NCBI GenBank assembly: GCA_045613905.1 | Contig: JAZLBW010000021.1 | Location: 20,316-84,315, forward strand | DNA length: 64,000 nucleotides | Direction of reading: 5' to 3' | DNA from: Candidatus Caccoplasma sp. | GTDB taxonomy: Bacteria; Bacteroidota; Bacteroidia; Bacteroidales; G3-4614 | Part shown: positions 9,490 through 20,066 of the stretch, piece by piece | How positions within the stretch are numbered: position 1 is the first letter of the stretch | Layout of the letters: every line of letters begins with the position of its first letter | Position numbers and translations under genes: made by a program | Notes under the pieces: generated by a model | The model's database searches: none | What the model saw: the letters and a program-made list of their open reading frames with translations, nothing else | Told to the model about the DNA's origin: nothing

Positions 9490-12093
9490 ATGAGAAAGAT
9501 AATAATTTTTGCATCAATATTTGTTTTTGCATATTTATTCATTAATGAGTCGGCTTTTGCTGCAAAGCAAAATAACAAGAATAGTCGAAAAAAATCGAAG
9601 ACCGAAGAGGTTGTAAAGGAATCTGCGTATAAAAAGATGACAGGACGCGACTCTTTGTCTATGAGTGGGGTTGTTAATGTGATAGCAAAGGGTGATACTT
9701 TCTATATCGAAATACCTACAAATATTTTTGGTCGCAACTTTTTGGTTGTTAATAGAATGCAAAAGGTTCAACAAGAGTTGAATGTTGCAGGAATAAATAA
9801 GGGAATTGTATATCAAAATCAAATAATAAGTTTTGAAAAAGAAGATGAATTCAAAAATGTAACAATTCGTCAATATCGCAAAACTCTCGAATTCTCTGAA
9901 AACGATGCAATAGGCTCTTCTGTAAAAGATAATTATATAAACCCAATATTGGCTCGCATTAAGGTAGAAGCTGTTTCTCCCGATAGTCAATCAGTGGTAA
10001 TTAAAATAAATGATTTGTTCAACGGAACCGATAATTGCATAAATGACGTATTTGCAAAAATAAACTTGGGAACACCTGTTTCATCAAGTCTTTCTCGTAT
10101 TTTAGGTGTCAAATCTTTTGAAAATAGCCTTACGGCTACATCAGAGTTAACAACAAAAGTATCTGAGGGTACATCAAAAGTAAATATAACAACAGTTGTA
10201 AGTTCAACGCTTACTCTATTGCCCGAGCAACCAATGCTTCCTCGTGAGGAGATTAACAGAATAGGATACTTCTCTATCCCAATGTTAAAATATAGCGACA
10301 AGCAACAATCTGTTGAGCGTAAACGCTATATAACTCGTTGGAGATTGGAGCCTTCAGATAAAGATGCATATGCAAAAGGTGAATTGGTAGAGCCTGTAAA
10401 ACCAATTGTATTCTATATCGACCCTGCTATGCCGGCAAAACTTATACCTTATATAAAAGAAGGTATATTGGATTGGAATGTTGCTTTTGAGATGGCAGGA
10501 TTTAAAAATGCCATTCAAGTAAAAGAATATACTGATAGTATAGCCGCAGAGGGTGATGACATGAAATATTCAGTCTTTACTCACGCTGCATCAACCAAAG
10601 CAAATGCAATGGGTCCTTCAACCATCGACCCACGAACCGGAGAGATATTGGAGGCTGATATAATTTGGTGGCATAATGTACAATCACTATTGAAAGAGTG
10701 GATTCAAGTACAAACATCAGCAGTTAATCCCGCAGCAAGACAAGCTGTATTGCCGGATAGTCTTATGGGAGATGCAGCAAGATTTGTTGCTTGTCACGAA
10801 GTTGGACACTCATTAGGTTTGCGCCATAATATGAGAGCTTCTGCTGCTTACTCTGTAGATTCTTTGAGATCATCGACCTTTACCGATAAAATTGGTGGTA
10901 CATCGGCATCTATTATGGATTATGCACGATTCAACTATATAGCTCAACCAGAGGATGGTGTAAAAAAATTATCACCACACATCGGAGCTTACGATTTATT
11001 GGCAATAGAGTGGGGATATCGTTGGTATCCCACAGAGGATGAGGCAAAAGTTAAATTGGCAGAGTTGTTGAAAAAATACAATTCTCCTCTATATCGTTAC
11101 AGCGAAACTCAATCTGCACGTACAGCAATTGACCCTCGAGCAATGAGTGAGGACTTGGGAGACAATGCTGTTAAAGCAGCACGTTTAGGTCTTGAAAATT
11201 TGAAAAGAATAGTACCTAATGTAGTTGAGTGGACTAAAAAAGATACTCCTGAACAAACTTATGACGATGCAGCAGAGCTATTCTCAGGGATAATATTCCA
11301 ATGGAGTTTGTATCATTATCATGTATTGGCAAATGTTGGAGGTATGTACCTTGAAAACACAATATTAGGTGATGGATTGAATACATACACCTATGTTGAA
11401 AAAGAGCGTCAAAAAGAGGCTCTCCAATTCTTGTTGGATGAGGTATTTACATATCCTGAGTGGTTGTTTGGTGCAGATGTAACAAAATATACATATGTAT
11501 TAAGACATACTCCTGTTGGAGTAATGGAACAACATCCATACATTTCATATCGTAATCAATATAATTATATGTTCTGGGATTTGTTGCTTAACGAAAGAAT
11601 GTGCCGTATGCTTGACAATGAGTATGAAAACGGAGATAAAGCATTCTCAGCATACGAGTTGATGGATATGATTCACAATCACATTTTTGCAAAAACTATA
11701 AAAGGCAAAAATCCTGATATAATGGAGCGAAATCTTCAAAAAAGTTTCGTAGATGCACTTATTACGTCAGCTTCAGAGTGTCAAGGAATTAAAGTGAATG
11801 CAAATTCAAAAGATTTGTACGCAGAACACCCATTATTCGACAACAATCACAAATGTTCAGTATGTTGTGAGGAGTCAATGAATGAGAGAGGATTATCATC
11901 TGCTCCAAGATTTATTTTCTCTACGACAAATCAAATCTCTCGTGAAAGTGATGTTTTAAGTATCAAACGTGGCGAGTTGATGTCAATAATGAAATTATTA
12001 AAAAGCAAGATAAATACTTCGGACAAAGCAACCAAGTTGCATTACGAAGATATGATAATGCGTATTCAAGCTGCACTTGGATTAGAAAAATAG
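9490..12093 (+). CDS. Secreted zinc-dependent metalloprotease (Met-zincin, DUF5117/DUF4953-type)
   Basis: Signal peptide MRKIIIFASIFVFAYLFINESAFA and zinc-binding motif HEVGHSLGLRHN. The ~870-aa architecture is typical of the Bacteroidota zinc-dependent metalloprotease family. ATG at 9490 is preferred over TTG at 9469. Confidence 0.85.
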   Translation: MRKIIIFASIFVFAYLFINESAFAAKQNNKNSRKKSKTEEVVKESAYKKMTGRDSLSMSGVVNVIAKGDTFYIEIPTNIFGRNFLVVNRMQKVQQELNVAGINKGIVYQNQIISFEKEDEFKNVTIRQYRKTLEFSENDAIGSSVKDNYINPILARIKVEAVSPDSQSVVIKINDLFNGTDNCINDVFAKINLGTPVSSSLSRILGVKSFENSLTATSELTTKVSEGTSKVNITTVVSSTLTLLPEQPMLPREEINRIGYFSIPMLKYSDKQQSVERKRYITRWRLEPSDKDAYAKGELVEPVKPIVFYIDPAMPAKLIPYIKEGILDWNVAFEMAGFKNAIQVKEYTDSIAAEGDDMKYSVFTHAASTKANAMGPSTIDPRTGEILEADIIWWHNVQSLLKEWIQVQTSAVNPAARQAVLPDSLMGDAARFVACHEVGHSLGLRHNMRASAAYSVDSLRSSTFTDKIGGTSASIMDYARFNYIAQPEDGVKKLSPHIGAYDLLAIEWGYRWYPTEDEAKVKLAELLKKYNSPLYRYSETQSARTAIDPRAMSEDLGDNAVKAARLGLENLKRIVPNVVEWTKKDTPEQTYDDAAELFSGIIFQWSLYHYHVLANVGGMYLENTILGDGLNTYTYVEKERQKEALQFLLDEVFTYPEWLFGADVTKYTYVLRHTPVGVMEQHPYISYRNQYNYMFWDLLLNERMCRMLDNEYENGDKAFSAYELMDMIHNHIFAKTIKGKNPDIMERNLQKSFVDALITSASECQGIKVNANSKDLYAEHPLFDNNHKCSVCCEESMNERGLSSAPRFIFSTTNQISRESDVLSIKRGELMSIMKLLKSKINTSDKATKLHYEDMIMRIQAALGLEK

Positions 12094-12118
12094 AGGATAA
12101 CTTTTATATATTCATTTT

Positions 12119-15100
12119 ATGAATAAGAGATTATATACGTTAATTTTGTTTGTTGCCGTTGCATTTTCTTTGTCGGCACAAAATAGAACTATTACAGGTA
12201 GAGTTCTTGATGGCGATTTTAATAATGAGCCATTGATTGGAGCTGCAATCAGAATGGAGTTTAGTGACAAAAATCATCCTGCAGCAGGAACGGTGTCGGA
12301 TATAGACGGAAATTTCTCAATTTCTGTCTCATCTGCGGTAAAAGGTTTTTATGTAACCTTTGTTGGTTATGCAACTCAGTATGTAAAAGTAGGAGATAAA
12401 AGCAAGTACGACGTAATATTACGTGCCGATTCAAAAGTTATGGATGAGGTTGTCGTGACAGGATACCAAAACATTGAACGTCGCAAATTAACAGCTTCTG
12501 TAAGTACTGTCGGAATATCAGAAGAGAAAGTCGGAACTATTAAAAACATAGACCAAGCTCTTGCAGGACAAGTTGCAGGTTTGAGCACAGTGGCATCATC
12601 AGGAGCACCTGGTGCGCCAGTTAAGATAAGAATTCGTGGTACTGCATCAATGAACGGAACACAAGACCCATTGTGGGTATTGGATGGAATTCCTTTGGAG
12701 GGAACCGATGTTCCTGCAATGGAGGAATTGAAAGATATTGATAATATTTATCAAACATCAATTGCAGGTATTAACCCTGCAGATATTGAGAATATTACAG
12801 TATTGAAAGATGCTGCGGCAACAGCAATCTATGGTGCGCGAGCAGCAAATGGAGTTATTGTGATTACTACCAAAAAAGGAAAACAAGGAAAACCTCAAAT
12901 TAATCTTTCTGCAAAGCTTACAGTAAATCCTCGTTTGAGCATTGATCGTTTGAATTTGTTGAATTCTGATGAAAAAGTTAACTTGGAGTTGGATCTTTTA
13001 ACTTCAAATTATACTTATCGCGAAAATAAAGGAGCTGTTGCTCAAATCCTTTCAAACTTAGGAGAAACATCTGCATATAAAGCAGGAGGATGGGCAGCAT
13101 TAAGCCCTGAGGCTCAAAATCAAATAAACAATTTACGTACAATAAACACAGATTGGAACGATGCTCTTTTCCGTACAGTATTGAACCAAGAGTATTATTT
13201 GAGTCTATCAGGAGGAACAGAAAAAGTAAACTACTATACATCTGTTGGTTGGTACGATGAGCAAGGTAACGTTCGTGGGGTTGAGAATAATCGTTTCAAT
13301 ATAACATTGAAAACCGATTACAGAATTAATAAATTCTTGAAGTTGGGAGCATCGGTATATGCAAACCAACGTAAGCAAGATACTTATCTTACCGACTATA
13401 ATAGTTTTACAAACCCAATCTACTATTCGCGTATCGCAAACCCATATCAATTGATATACGATGAGTATGGAAATTATGTATATGACAAAAACGTAGAGGG
13501 TAGAGCTGAAACCGATTTGGACTTCAATATAATGGAGGAGCGCGAAAATACTTCAAATGAGCGCATCGACCGTTCATTAATGGCTATTTTTGACGCACAA
13601 CTCCGATTTAACGAATACTTCAAAATTTCAACACAAGCAGGTCTTCAATATGACGGTTACAAACTTGACCGTTACGCAGGAGAAGATAGCTATGCAATGA
13701 GATATGAGATGTACGACAAACGTTATAATGGAGTAACATTTCTACCCGAGGGCGGTATGCATAAAGTAAATCAAGGACACACTTCGCAATGGACTTGGAA
13801 AACTTTGGCAGAATATAAACAAACATATCGTAAATATCACGACTTTGAGGTGATGTTGGGAGCTGAGTTACGTCGTATAAAATCAGAGACAAACTATACT
13901 TTGGCATATGGATACGACCCAAGAACATTGACTATACAACCAGTTATATTTCCAACTCAAAAGTTGGCAGAATCAAATCCGTTATCGTCAGAGACATTTA
14001 CAGAGAATGCATACGCATCATTCTTTGCAACAACATCTTATACATTTAAAGACAGATATACATTAGGAGGAAGTATTCGTTTTGATGGATCAGATGTATT
14101 TGGTGTGGCAAAAGAGTATCGTTTCTTGCCTCTATACTCAGTAAGTGGATTGTGGAGAATGAAAGAGGAGTATTGGTTAAAAGGAGTAAAAGCTATTGAT
14201 GATTTAAGTCTTCGTCTATCATACGGATTACAAGGAAATATCGACAAAAATACTTCTCCATATTTGGTGGGTAAATATAATAAGATACAAATACTTCCCG
14301 ACTATATTGAGGATGTAATTGAGAGTGAATCTGCACCAAACCCCGATTTGCGTTGGGAGAAAACTCAAAATATCAATGCAGGATTTGATATTGCAATATT
14401 AAAAAGAGCAATATCTTTAACTGTAGATTACTACTACCGTAAAAGTACCGACCTTATTGGTATGAGAATGTTGCCATTGGAAACAGGTTTTGCTTCAACA
14501 ACAATCAATTGGGCGAGTATGGAAAACCAAGGATTTGAGGTCGGATTGGCAACACGCAATATCTATACTCCGAATTTCAGTTGGACAACAAACATTAATA
14601 TTGGTTACAACCAAAATAAAGTTTTGCAAGAAACAGTTGCAGAGAACTCAACATATCCTTCACGCGAAGGCTATCCTGTTGGAGCTATATTTGCATATGA
14701 AACAGCAGGATTGGATGAATACGGATATCCTTTGTATAAAACAAAAGATGGTCGTGCAGTATCTGCAGAGGAGTTCTTTAAGTTGGATAAAAACGGAGCA
14801 AGTCAATTAACAGCTGCTGAGCAGCGCGAATTATATACATATATGGGTTCTACCGATCCTCTTATTTCAGGAGGTTTCATTAACAACTTTGAATTTAAGA
14901 ATTGGACATTGAATGTAAACTTTACATTCAACTTCGGAGCAAAAGTAAGAGTACAACCATCATATAATTCACTATATTTTGACAGAGGATTAAATACAAA
15001 TCAAGATATCTTGAATCGTTGGACTTCTGAAAATAAAAATACAAATCTACCAACACTTATGACAGAGGATGGAATCCACAATTCAGAGATTCATTTCTAT

Positions 15101-15367
15101 GAAAATTATGGATCGTTCAACATGTTGGATACATGGGTTAAGAAATGTAACTATATGAGATGTCAAAGCATACGTTTGGGATATAATTTCGAAGGAGATT
15201 GGTTGACAAAATTAGGTGTGCGTACAGCTTCTGTTTCATTAGAAGGACGTAACTTGTTTGTAATAGCAGGAGACTATACAAACTACCTTGATCCTGAGAC
15301 AATGGGTAACCCATATGCTACACCATTGCCAAAGAGTGTTATATTCAGTTTAAATGTAAACTTCTAA
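12119..15367 (+). CDS. SusC/RagA family TonB-linked outer membrane protein
   Basis: 1082 aa with a signal peptide, a carboxypeptidase-regulatory-like N-domain (TITGRVLDG...PLIGAAI), a plug (DEVVVTGYQ, ITVLKDAAATAIYGARAANGVIVITTKKG) and a 22-strand-size barrel ending in an aromatic residue (LNVNF). Confidence 0.94.
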   Translation: MNKRLYTLILFVAVAFSLSAQNRTITGRVLDGDFNNEPLIGAAIRMEFSDKNHPAAGTVSDIDGNFSISVSSAVKGFYVTFVGYATQYVKVGDKSKYDVILRADSKVMDEVVVTGYQNIERRKLTASVSTVGISEEKVGTIKNIDQALAGQVAGLSTVASSGAPGAPVKIRIRGTASMNGTQDPLWVLDGIPLEGTDVPAMEELKDIDNIYQTSIAGINPADIENITVLKDAAATAIYGARAANGVIVITTKKGKQGKPQINLSAKLTVNPRLSIDRLNLLNSDEKVNLELDLLTSNYTYRENKGAVAQILSNLGETSAYKAGGWAALSPEAQNQINNLRTINTDWNDALFRTVLNQEYYLSLSGGTEKVNYYTSVGWYDEQGNVRGVENNRFNITLKTDYRINKFLKLGASVYANQRKQDTYLTDYNSFTNPIYYSRIANPYQLIYDEYGNYVYDKNVEGRAETDLDFNIMEERENTSNERIDRSLMAIFDAQLRFNEYFKISTQAGLQYDGYKLDRYAGEDSYAMRYEMYDKRYNGVTFLPEGGMHKVNQGHTSQWTWKTLAEYKQTYRKYHDFEVMLGAELRRIKSETNYTLAYGYDPRTLTIQPVIFPTQKLAESNPLSSETFTENAYASFFATTSYTFKDRYTLGGSIRFDGSDVFGVAKEYRFLPLYSVSGLWRMKEEYWLKGVKAIDDLSLRLSYGLQGNIDKNTSPYLVGKYNKIQILPDYIEDVIESESAPNPDLRWEKTQNINAGFDIAILKRAISLTVDYYYRKSTDLIGMRMLPLETGFASTTINWASMENQGFEVGLATRNIYTPNFSWTTNINIGYNQNKVLQETVAENSTYPSREGYPVGAIFAYETAGLDEYGYPLYKTKDGRAVSAEEFFKLDKNGASQLTAAEQRELYTYMGSTDPLISGGFINNFEFKNWTLNVNFTFNFGAKVRVQPSYNSLYFDRGLNTNQDILNRWTSENKNTNLPTLMTEDGIHNSEIHFYENYGSFNMLDTWVKKCNYMRCQSIRLGYNFEGDWLTKLGVRTASVSLEGRNLFVIAGDYTNYLDPETMGNPYATPLPKSVIFSLNVNF

Positions 15368-15389
15368 ACCATTAAGAAAGGAAAACAAT

Positions 15390-16751
15390 ATGAAACTACA
15401 ATATATAACAATAGCATTAGTTGCTTTACTTCTAACAAGTTGCAACGATTTTCTTGATATTCGCCCAACAGGAAAGGTAATTGCTGAAACAGGCGAAGAG
15501 TATAGAGCATTGCTAACATACGTTTATGACAAAGTTCCTGAAGATAGAGGAACTACAACACTCCGTAGTGATGAGATGGCGGCAGATGCATCAACAATGT
15601 CGGGATATGATTACGATTCATATTATGACATATGGAATTGGACAGATTATAACCGTAACCCATCTGCTCTATATTTCGGATGGCGTAGATATTATCATAC
15701 ATGCTATATTGCAAACTACATAATAGAGCATCAAAGTGAGATAACAAAAGCGACAGATGCAGAGATAAAACAATTGGTAGGAGAGAGCTATATGTTAAGA
15801 GCATATATGCACTTCTTATTGGTAAATCTATATGCACCTGCATACACAAATTGCACACCCGAAACAACCAGAGGAATACCTTTGCAGCTTAAAGCAGATG
15901 TAAATGCAGTGTTAAGCTGTAGCAGTGTTGCAGATGTTTATAAACAAATATTGAATGATATAGATGTAGCTGATGAATACATGAATGTTGAAAAATGGGA
16001 ACAAGGCTATAATTATAGATTCAGCAAAGATGTTGTAAGTGCATTCAGAGCAAGAGTTGCCCTATATATGGGTAATTGGAAATTGGCATTTGACGAGGCA
16101 GAAAAAGTAATTGAAAAATATCCTGCACTTCAAGACTTGGTAGCATCTACATCTATCAAACCAACAAATTACACATCTGTTGAATCAATAATGGCATTGG
16201 AGCAGATAATTACAACAAGTATATCTTCTGTAGGATATGTTAATCCTAACCTATTATCAATGTATCGTACAGGAGATCAACGTAAAAGCACATATTTCAA
16301 AGCAAAAACTCTAAAACAATGGGTATTGCGTAAAGAGAAAGATGATTATGACAATGAGCGTTGTTCGTTCCGCTCAGGAGAGTTCTATTTGATTGCAGCA
16401 GAGGCGGCAAATGAATTGAACGATAAAGACAATGCATTGAAATATATTAAGGCATTGATGCAAAAACGATATAAAGCCACTAACTATAATACATATTCGA
16501 AGGCTTTGGACGCGATGGATAAAGATGCATTAAGAGAGGAGATTGCGGCGGAACGTCAAAGAGAGATGGCATATCAAGGACATCGTTGGTTTGATTTAAG
16601 AAGAACAACTCAACCCGAAATAACAAAAGTTTATACTACTGCCGATAAAACTGAGGAGACATTTGTTTTGGAGCAAGCAGATGCGCGTTATACATTGCGT
16701 TTCCCAACAGATGCGGTAGAGGCAAACCCGGATTTGGAACTTTGGCAATAA
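15390..16751 (+). CDS. SusD/RagB family nutrient-binding outer membrane lipoprotein
   Basis: Lipobox LLLTSC, TPR-like helical SusD fold and the conserved C-terminal motif ERQREMAYQGHRWFDLRR. It starts 22 nt after the susC stop. Confidence 0.9.
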   Translation: MKLQYITIALVALLLTSCNDFLDIRPTGKVIAETGEEYRALLTYVYDKVPEDRGTTTLRSDEMAADASTMSGYDYDSYYDIWNWTDYNRNPSALYFGWRRYYHTCYIANYIIEHQSEITKATDAEIKQLVGESYMLRAYMHFLLVNLYAPAYTNCTPETTRGIPLQLKADVNAVLSCSSVADVYKQILNDIDVADEYMNVEKWEQGYNYRFSKDVVSAFRARVALYMGNWKLAFDEAEKVIEKYPALQDLVASTSIKPTNYTSVESIMALEQIITTSISSVGYVNPNLLSMYRTGDQRKSTYFKAKTLKQWVLRKEKDDYDNERCSFRSGEFYLIAAEAANELNDKDNALKYIKALMQKRYKATNYNTYSKALDAMDKDALREEIAAERQREMAYQGHRWFDLRRTTQPEITKVYTTADKTEETFVLEQADARYTLRFPTDAVEANPDLELWQ

Positions 16752-16802
16752 ATAAAAAAATAGAGATAAATAAAAAATATTATTAATTAAATTAGTAAGC
16801 TT

Positions 16803-19800
16803 ATGAAAAAACTTTTACTAACAGTTGCAGTAGCACTTATGTCGCTAACTGCAATCAATGCTCAAATTTTGAGCACTACAGAGTGGAGTAAAACTCTTAC
16901 TACTGTAGAGAATGCTACAGATGCTACAGGTGGCGTTATGACAATAGATAATAACGGAAACTTGTACGTATCAGGAGCTTTGACAACAACAGCAACTTTT
17001 GGTTCATTTGAATTGGAACCAATAGGATTGGCATCTTACATTGTAAAATACAATGTAACAGGTGATGTACAATGGGCAACTGCAATTCAAGGAGCAGCAG
17101 CAGTAACAGCTATGGATGCTGATGCTGCAGGAAACCTATATGTTGCAGGAACATTTAATGATGCAATATATGTTTGCAATGCTGGTTCTGAAGATTATGA
17201 AGAACTTGCAACAGGTTCTGCAGACCAAGAGGGAGCATTTATTGTTAAGTACAACGCAAACGGAACAGTTGCTCATGCTAGACAAGTAGTTCCAACTACA
17301 AATCAAGAAGTACTTGACTCTTGGGGATATTGGTATAGCCCATATTTTAAAATTAATAAACTAGTTGCAGAAAATGGCAAACTTTATGCAAGTGCTATAT
17401 ATACAGGAGATGTATATGTTGGTACAGATCTTGCATTGAAAGGTCGATACAATTTTGTTGAATTCTTTATGTATGTTGATCTTCCTTCTGCAGTAGTGTT
17501 TACTCTTGACGCAGAAGGAATGGATAATCCTGCATTGGTTGCAAATTTGCGTTCAAAAGAGGATATAACTACTGATATGCAATACGCTGTAACAACAGTT
17601 AACTTTGCAGTTGCTGGTTCTGATGTATATGCTGCATTCCAAGGATATGGAGATTTCGTATGTGAAACTCCAAATAGATCAAAAGAGTTTTCTTTCTTTG
17701 TTGATGGAAAAGGAACAAATGAGCATGGAGCAGTAGTTGCAAAAGTAGGGGCTACATCACAATTCTCTGCATACACAAACATTTCATCTGATATTACTTC
17801 TGATACATATGATAAAATATCTGCAATGGACGTTGTTGGGGAAAATCTTTATATCGTAGGAACATTCCGTGGATATTGTCCATTTGATAATACTATATCA
17901 ACAGTAAATAATGGAGTAGAGGTATCAACATCTGACATTTATGTGGCTTCAGTTAAAACTTCTAATTTATTAGCAAATTGGGTAGTAGCAACTCCTGATA
18001 AAAATGATACTGTAAACCAAGAATACGAAACTGTTGTTGGAGCAATGATATATCCTAACGAAGTTAGTATTGTAGCAAATGTTGAGAAAGTTTCAGATTA
18101 TTCATTTGTTTCAGCAAGTAACCCTGTTGTGTCATTTGACGGAGAGGTTTCTGCTTTAACTACAGAGAATGCAACTGCTGTTGTATACAATGGTGGTAAA
18201 GCTGCATCAATCTTGAACAATGGAGCAACATCTACTCTAAATTATGGAAAAATTGCACTTGGAGAGGTTGAAGAAGAGATAGAAGTTATCAATGGAGAGA
18301 TTTTGAAAACAAATATGTGGAACTCTTCAATCTCTGCAGTAGAGCAAGCAGGTGATGCAAGTACTATTTCTCCTTCAGTAATAGATGAAGAGGGTAACTT
18401 ATATGTAACAGGAACAATGAATACCGAATTCGATTTTGCCGGAAACACTATTCCAAATTTAGGAATTGGAGCATACGTTGCAAAATACGATGTTCAAGGA
18501 AACGAGAAATATGCATTTGCTATATATGGAGCAGTTGATATTACAGCAATGGCTGTAGGTCCCGAAGGAGATCTTTATGTAGCAGGTTCATTTACTGATG
18601 AAGTATATGTTACAGATGTAGAGGGAGTAGAAGGAGAGTACGAAACTATTACAGGTGAAACAGGAGATTCTTTCGTAGAGAAACCATCAGCTTTCTTGGC
18701 AAGATACGATGCGGACGGAAATTTAATTTCTATCAATACCTATAATGCGACACACTCTTATGGATTTATGGCAGAAGAGTATTGGGGCGATATTGCTTAT
18801 GTTGCAATTGATAAAATAGTTGCTGTAGGAGAACAAGTGTATGTAGAATTTGTATCAAATGGAGATATCACAGTTGGTGATTTGACATTTGAGGCTAAAT
18901 ATTTTGTATATTTCTATACGGCATATATGGACTCTAAATATTCTGCAATTGTAATGTTTGATGAGGAATTAGAATATACAGAAAAAATTGCAGAGGTAGG
19001 TTTGGCTTACGATGATAATTTTGTTACTTCAAAATATGAAGCTGTTGACTTTACAGTTGATAAAGAGGTAGTATATATTGCTGCTATGGGATATGGCGAT
19101 TTGGCAGTTTCAACATCAGTAGAAACAAAAGAGGTATCATTCTTGGTAGATGATTTTGAAGGTCTAACTGAGCACGGAGCATTTGTTGCTAAAGTAGAAG
19201 AAGGTTCAGTTGAAATGGCTAAATTCTCTAATATTTCTAATACTGCTTGGGCTTCATTCTATGCAATTTCAGGAATAGATGTATATGCAGGTAAAGTATA
19301 TATTGTAGGAACATTCAACGAAACATTGGCTTTTGATAATGCCAAAACATCTGTAGGTGCATCTGATGTATATGTAGTAACTTTAGATGCTGCAACACTT
19401 GAGAAAGAGTGGGTTAAAACAGATGCAAAAGACGAAGGAGTTACAAATACATACTATGAAGAGGCTACAGGTATGGTTCTATACAAGGGAAATGTATATG
19501 TGGTTGCTAATATTGTGGATATGAATACTGAACTTGTAACAGAAACTCTAAACTACAATATTAGTGCTAATGGAAATATGAGTACAGGAATTGTTCGTTA
19601 CGCAACAGCAATGGCATACAGCGATGATTACGCAGTACTTGTAAATGTTGACGGAACTAATACAAATATCTCATTCTTCTCATATGAGTGGATTTCAGGT
19701 GTTGAAGAGGCAGTTGTATCAGAAACTTCAAATATTACATACATTAATGGAGTTTACTTCTTTGCAGAGCCTGTAAATGCTGAGATATACGATGTTCAAG

Positions 19801-19910
19801 GACGTTGCGTTAAAGTAGCAAAAGCTGCAACAGAGATTGCAACTGCAGGATTGAACAAAGGTGTATATATCCTTAAAGCAGGTAATGAGGTTGTGAAATT
19901 TGTAAAATAA
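16803..19910 (+). CDS. T9SS-sorted secreted protein built from two ~478-aa beta-propeller-like (SBBP-type repeat) modules
   Basis: Signal peptide. Residues 22-499 and 500-~955 are collinear paralogues (ILSTTEW.../ILKTNMW..., NEHGAVVAKV/TEHGAFVAKV, ENLYIVGTF/GKVYIVGTF). Recurrent G-N/D-LYVAG-T/S-F strands. The C-terminal ~80 aa (YDVQGRCV...GVYILKAGNEVVKFVK) looks like a type A Por/T9SS sorting domain. Confidence 0.75.
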   Translation: MKKLLLTVAVALMSLTAINAQILSTTEWSKTLTTVENATDATGGVMTIDNNGNLYVSGALTTTATFGSFELEPIGLASYIVKYNVTGDVQWATAIQGAAAVTAMDADAAGNLYVAGTFNDAIYVCNAGSEDYEELATGSADQEGAFIVKYNANGTVAHARQVVPTTNQEVLDSWGYWYSPYFKINKLVAENGKLYASAIYTGDVYVGTDLALKGRYNFVEFFMYVDLPSAVVFTLDAEGMDNPALVANLRSKEDITTDMQYAVTTVNFAVAGSDVYAAFQGYGDFVCETPNRSKEFSFFVDGKGTNEHGAVVAKVGATSQFSAYTNISSDITSDTYDKISAMDVVGENLYIVGTFRGYCPFDNTISTVNNGVEVSTSDIYVASVKTSNLLANWVVATPDKNDTVNQEYETVVGAMIYPNEVSIVANVEKVSDYSFVSASNPVVSFDGEVSALTTENATAVVYNGGKAASILNNGATSTLNYGKIALGEVEEEIEVINGEILKTNMWNSSISAVEQAGDASTISPSVIDEEGNLYVTGTMNTEFDFAGNTIPNLGIGAYVAKYDVQGNEKYAFAIYGAVDITAMAVGPEGDLYVAGSFTDEVYVTDVEGVEGEYETITGETGDSFVEKPSAFLARYDADGNLISINTYNATHSYGFMAEEYWGDIAYVAIDKIVAVGEQVYVEFVSNGDITVGDLTFEAKYFVYFYTAYMDSKYSAIVMFDEELEYTEKIAEVGLAYDDNFVTSKYEAVDFTVDKEVVYIAAMGYGDLAVSTSVETKEVSFLVDDFEGLTEHGAFVAKVEEGSVEMAKFSNISNTAWASFYAISGIDVYAGKVYIVGTFNETLAFDNAKTSVGASDVYVVTLDAATLEKEWVKTDAKDEGVTNTYYEEATGMVLYKGNVYVVANIVDMNTELVTETLNYNISANGNMSTGIVRYATAMAYSDDYAVLVNVDGTNTNISFFSYEWISGVEEAVVSETSNITYINGVYFFAEPVNAEIYDVQGRCVKVAKAATEIATAGLNKGVYILKAGNEVVKFVK

Positions 19911-19932
19911 TATTACAACATAATATTAAAGG

Positions 19933-19967
19933 AATTGAGGTTGCTTAGGCAGCCTCAATTTTTTTGT
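19933..19967 (+). terminator. Strong intrinsic terminator ending the protease-susCD-T9SS cargo unit
   Basis: 12-bp stem AATTGAGGTTGC / GCAGCCTCAATT (one U-G pair), loop TTAG, then a T7 tract. Confidence 0.8.
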
Positions 19968-20007
19968 ATTTACTTTTATTTGTTAGGTTTTTATAATAAA
20001 TGAGTAT

Positions 20008-20039
20008 GTTGTTATATCCCTAAAAATTGCCTATATTTG
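20008..20039 (+). promoter_or_regulatory. Bacteroidota promoter (-33 gTTG, N20, -7 TAtaTTTG) for the DPP IV gene
   Basis: TATATTTG at 20032-20039 and GTTG at 20008-20011. The ATG is at 20067. Confidence 0.45.
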
Positions 20040-20066
20040 TATTTTAGAACAAAAGACTAATATGCA

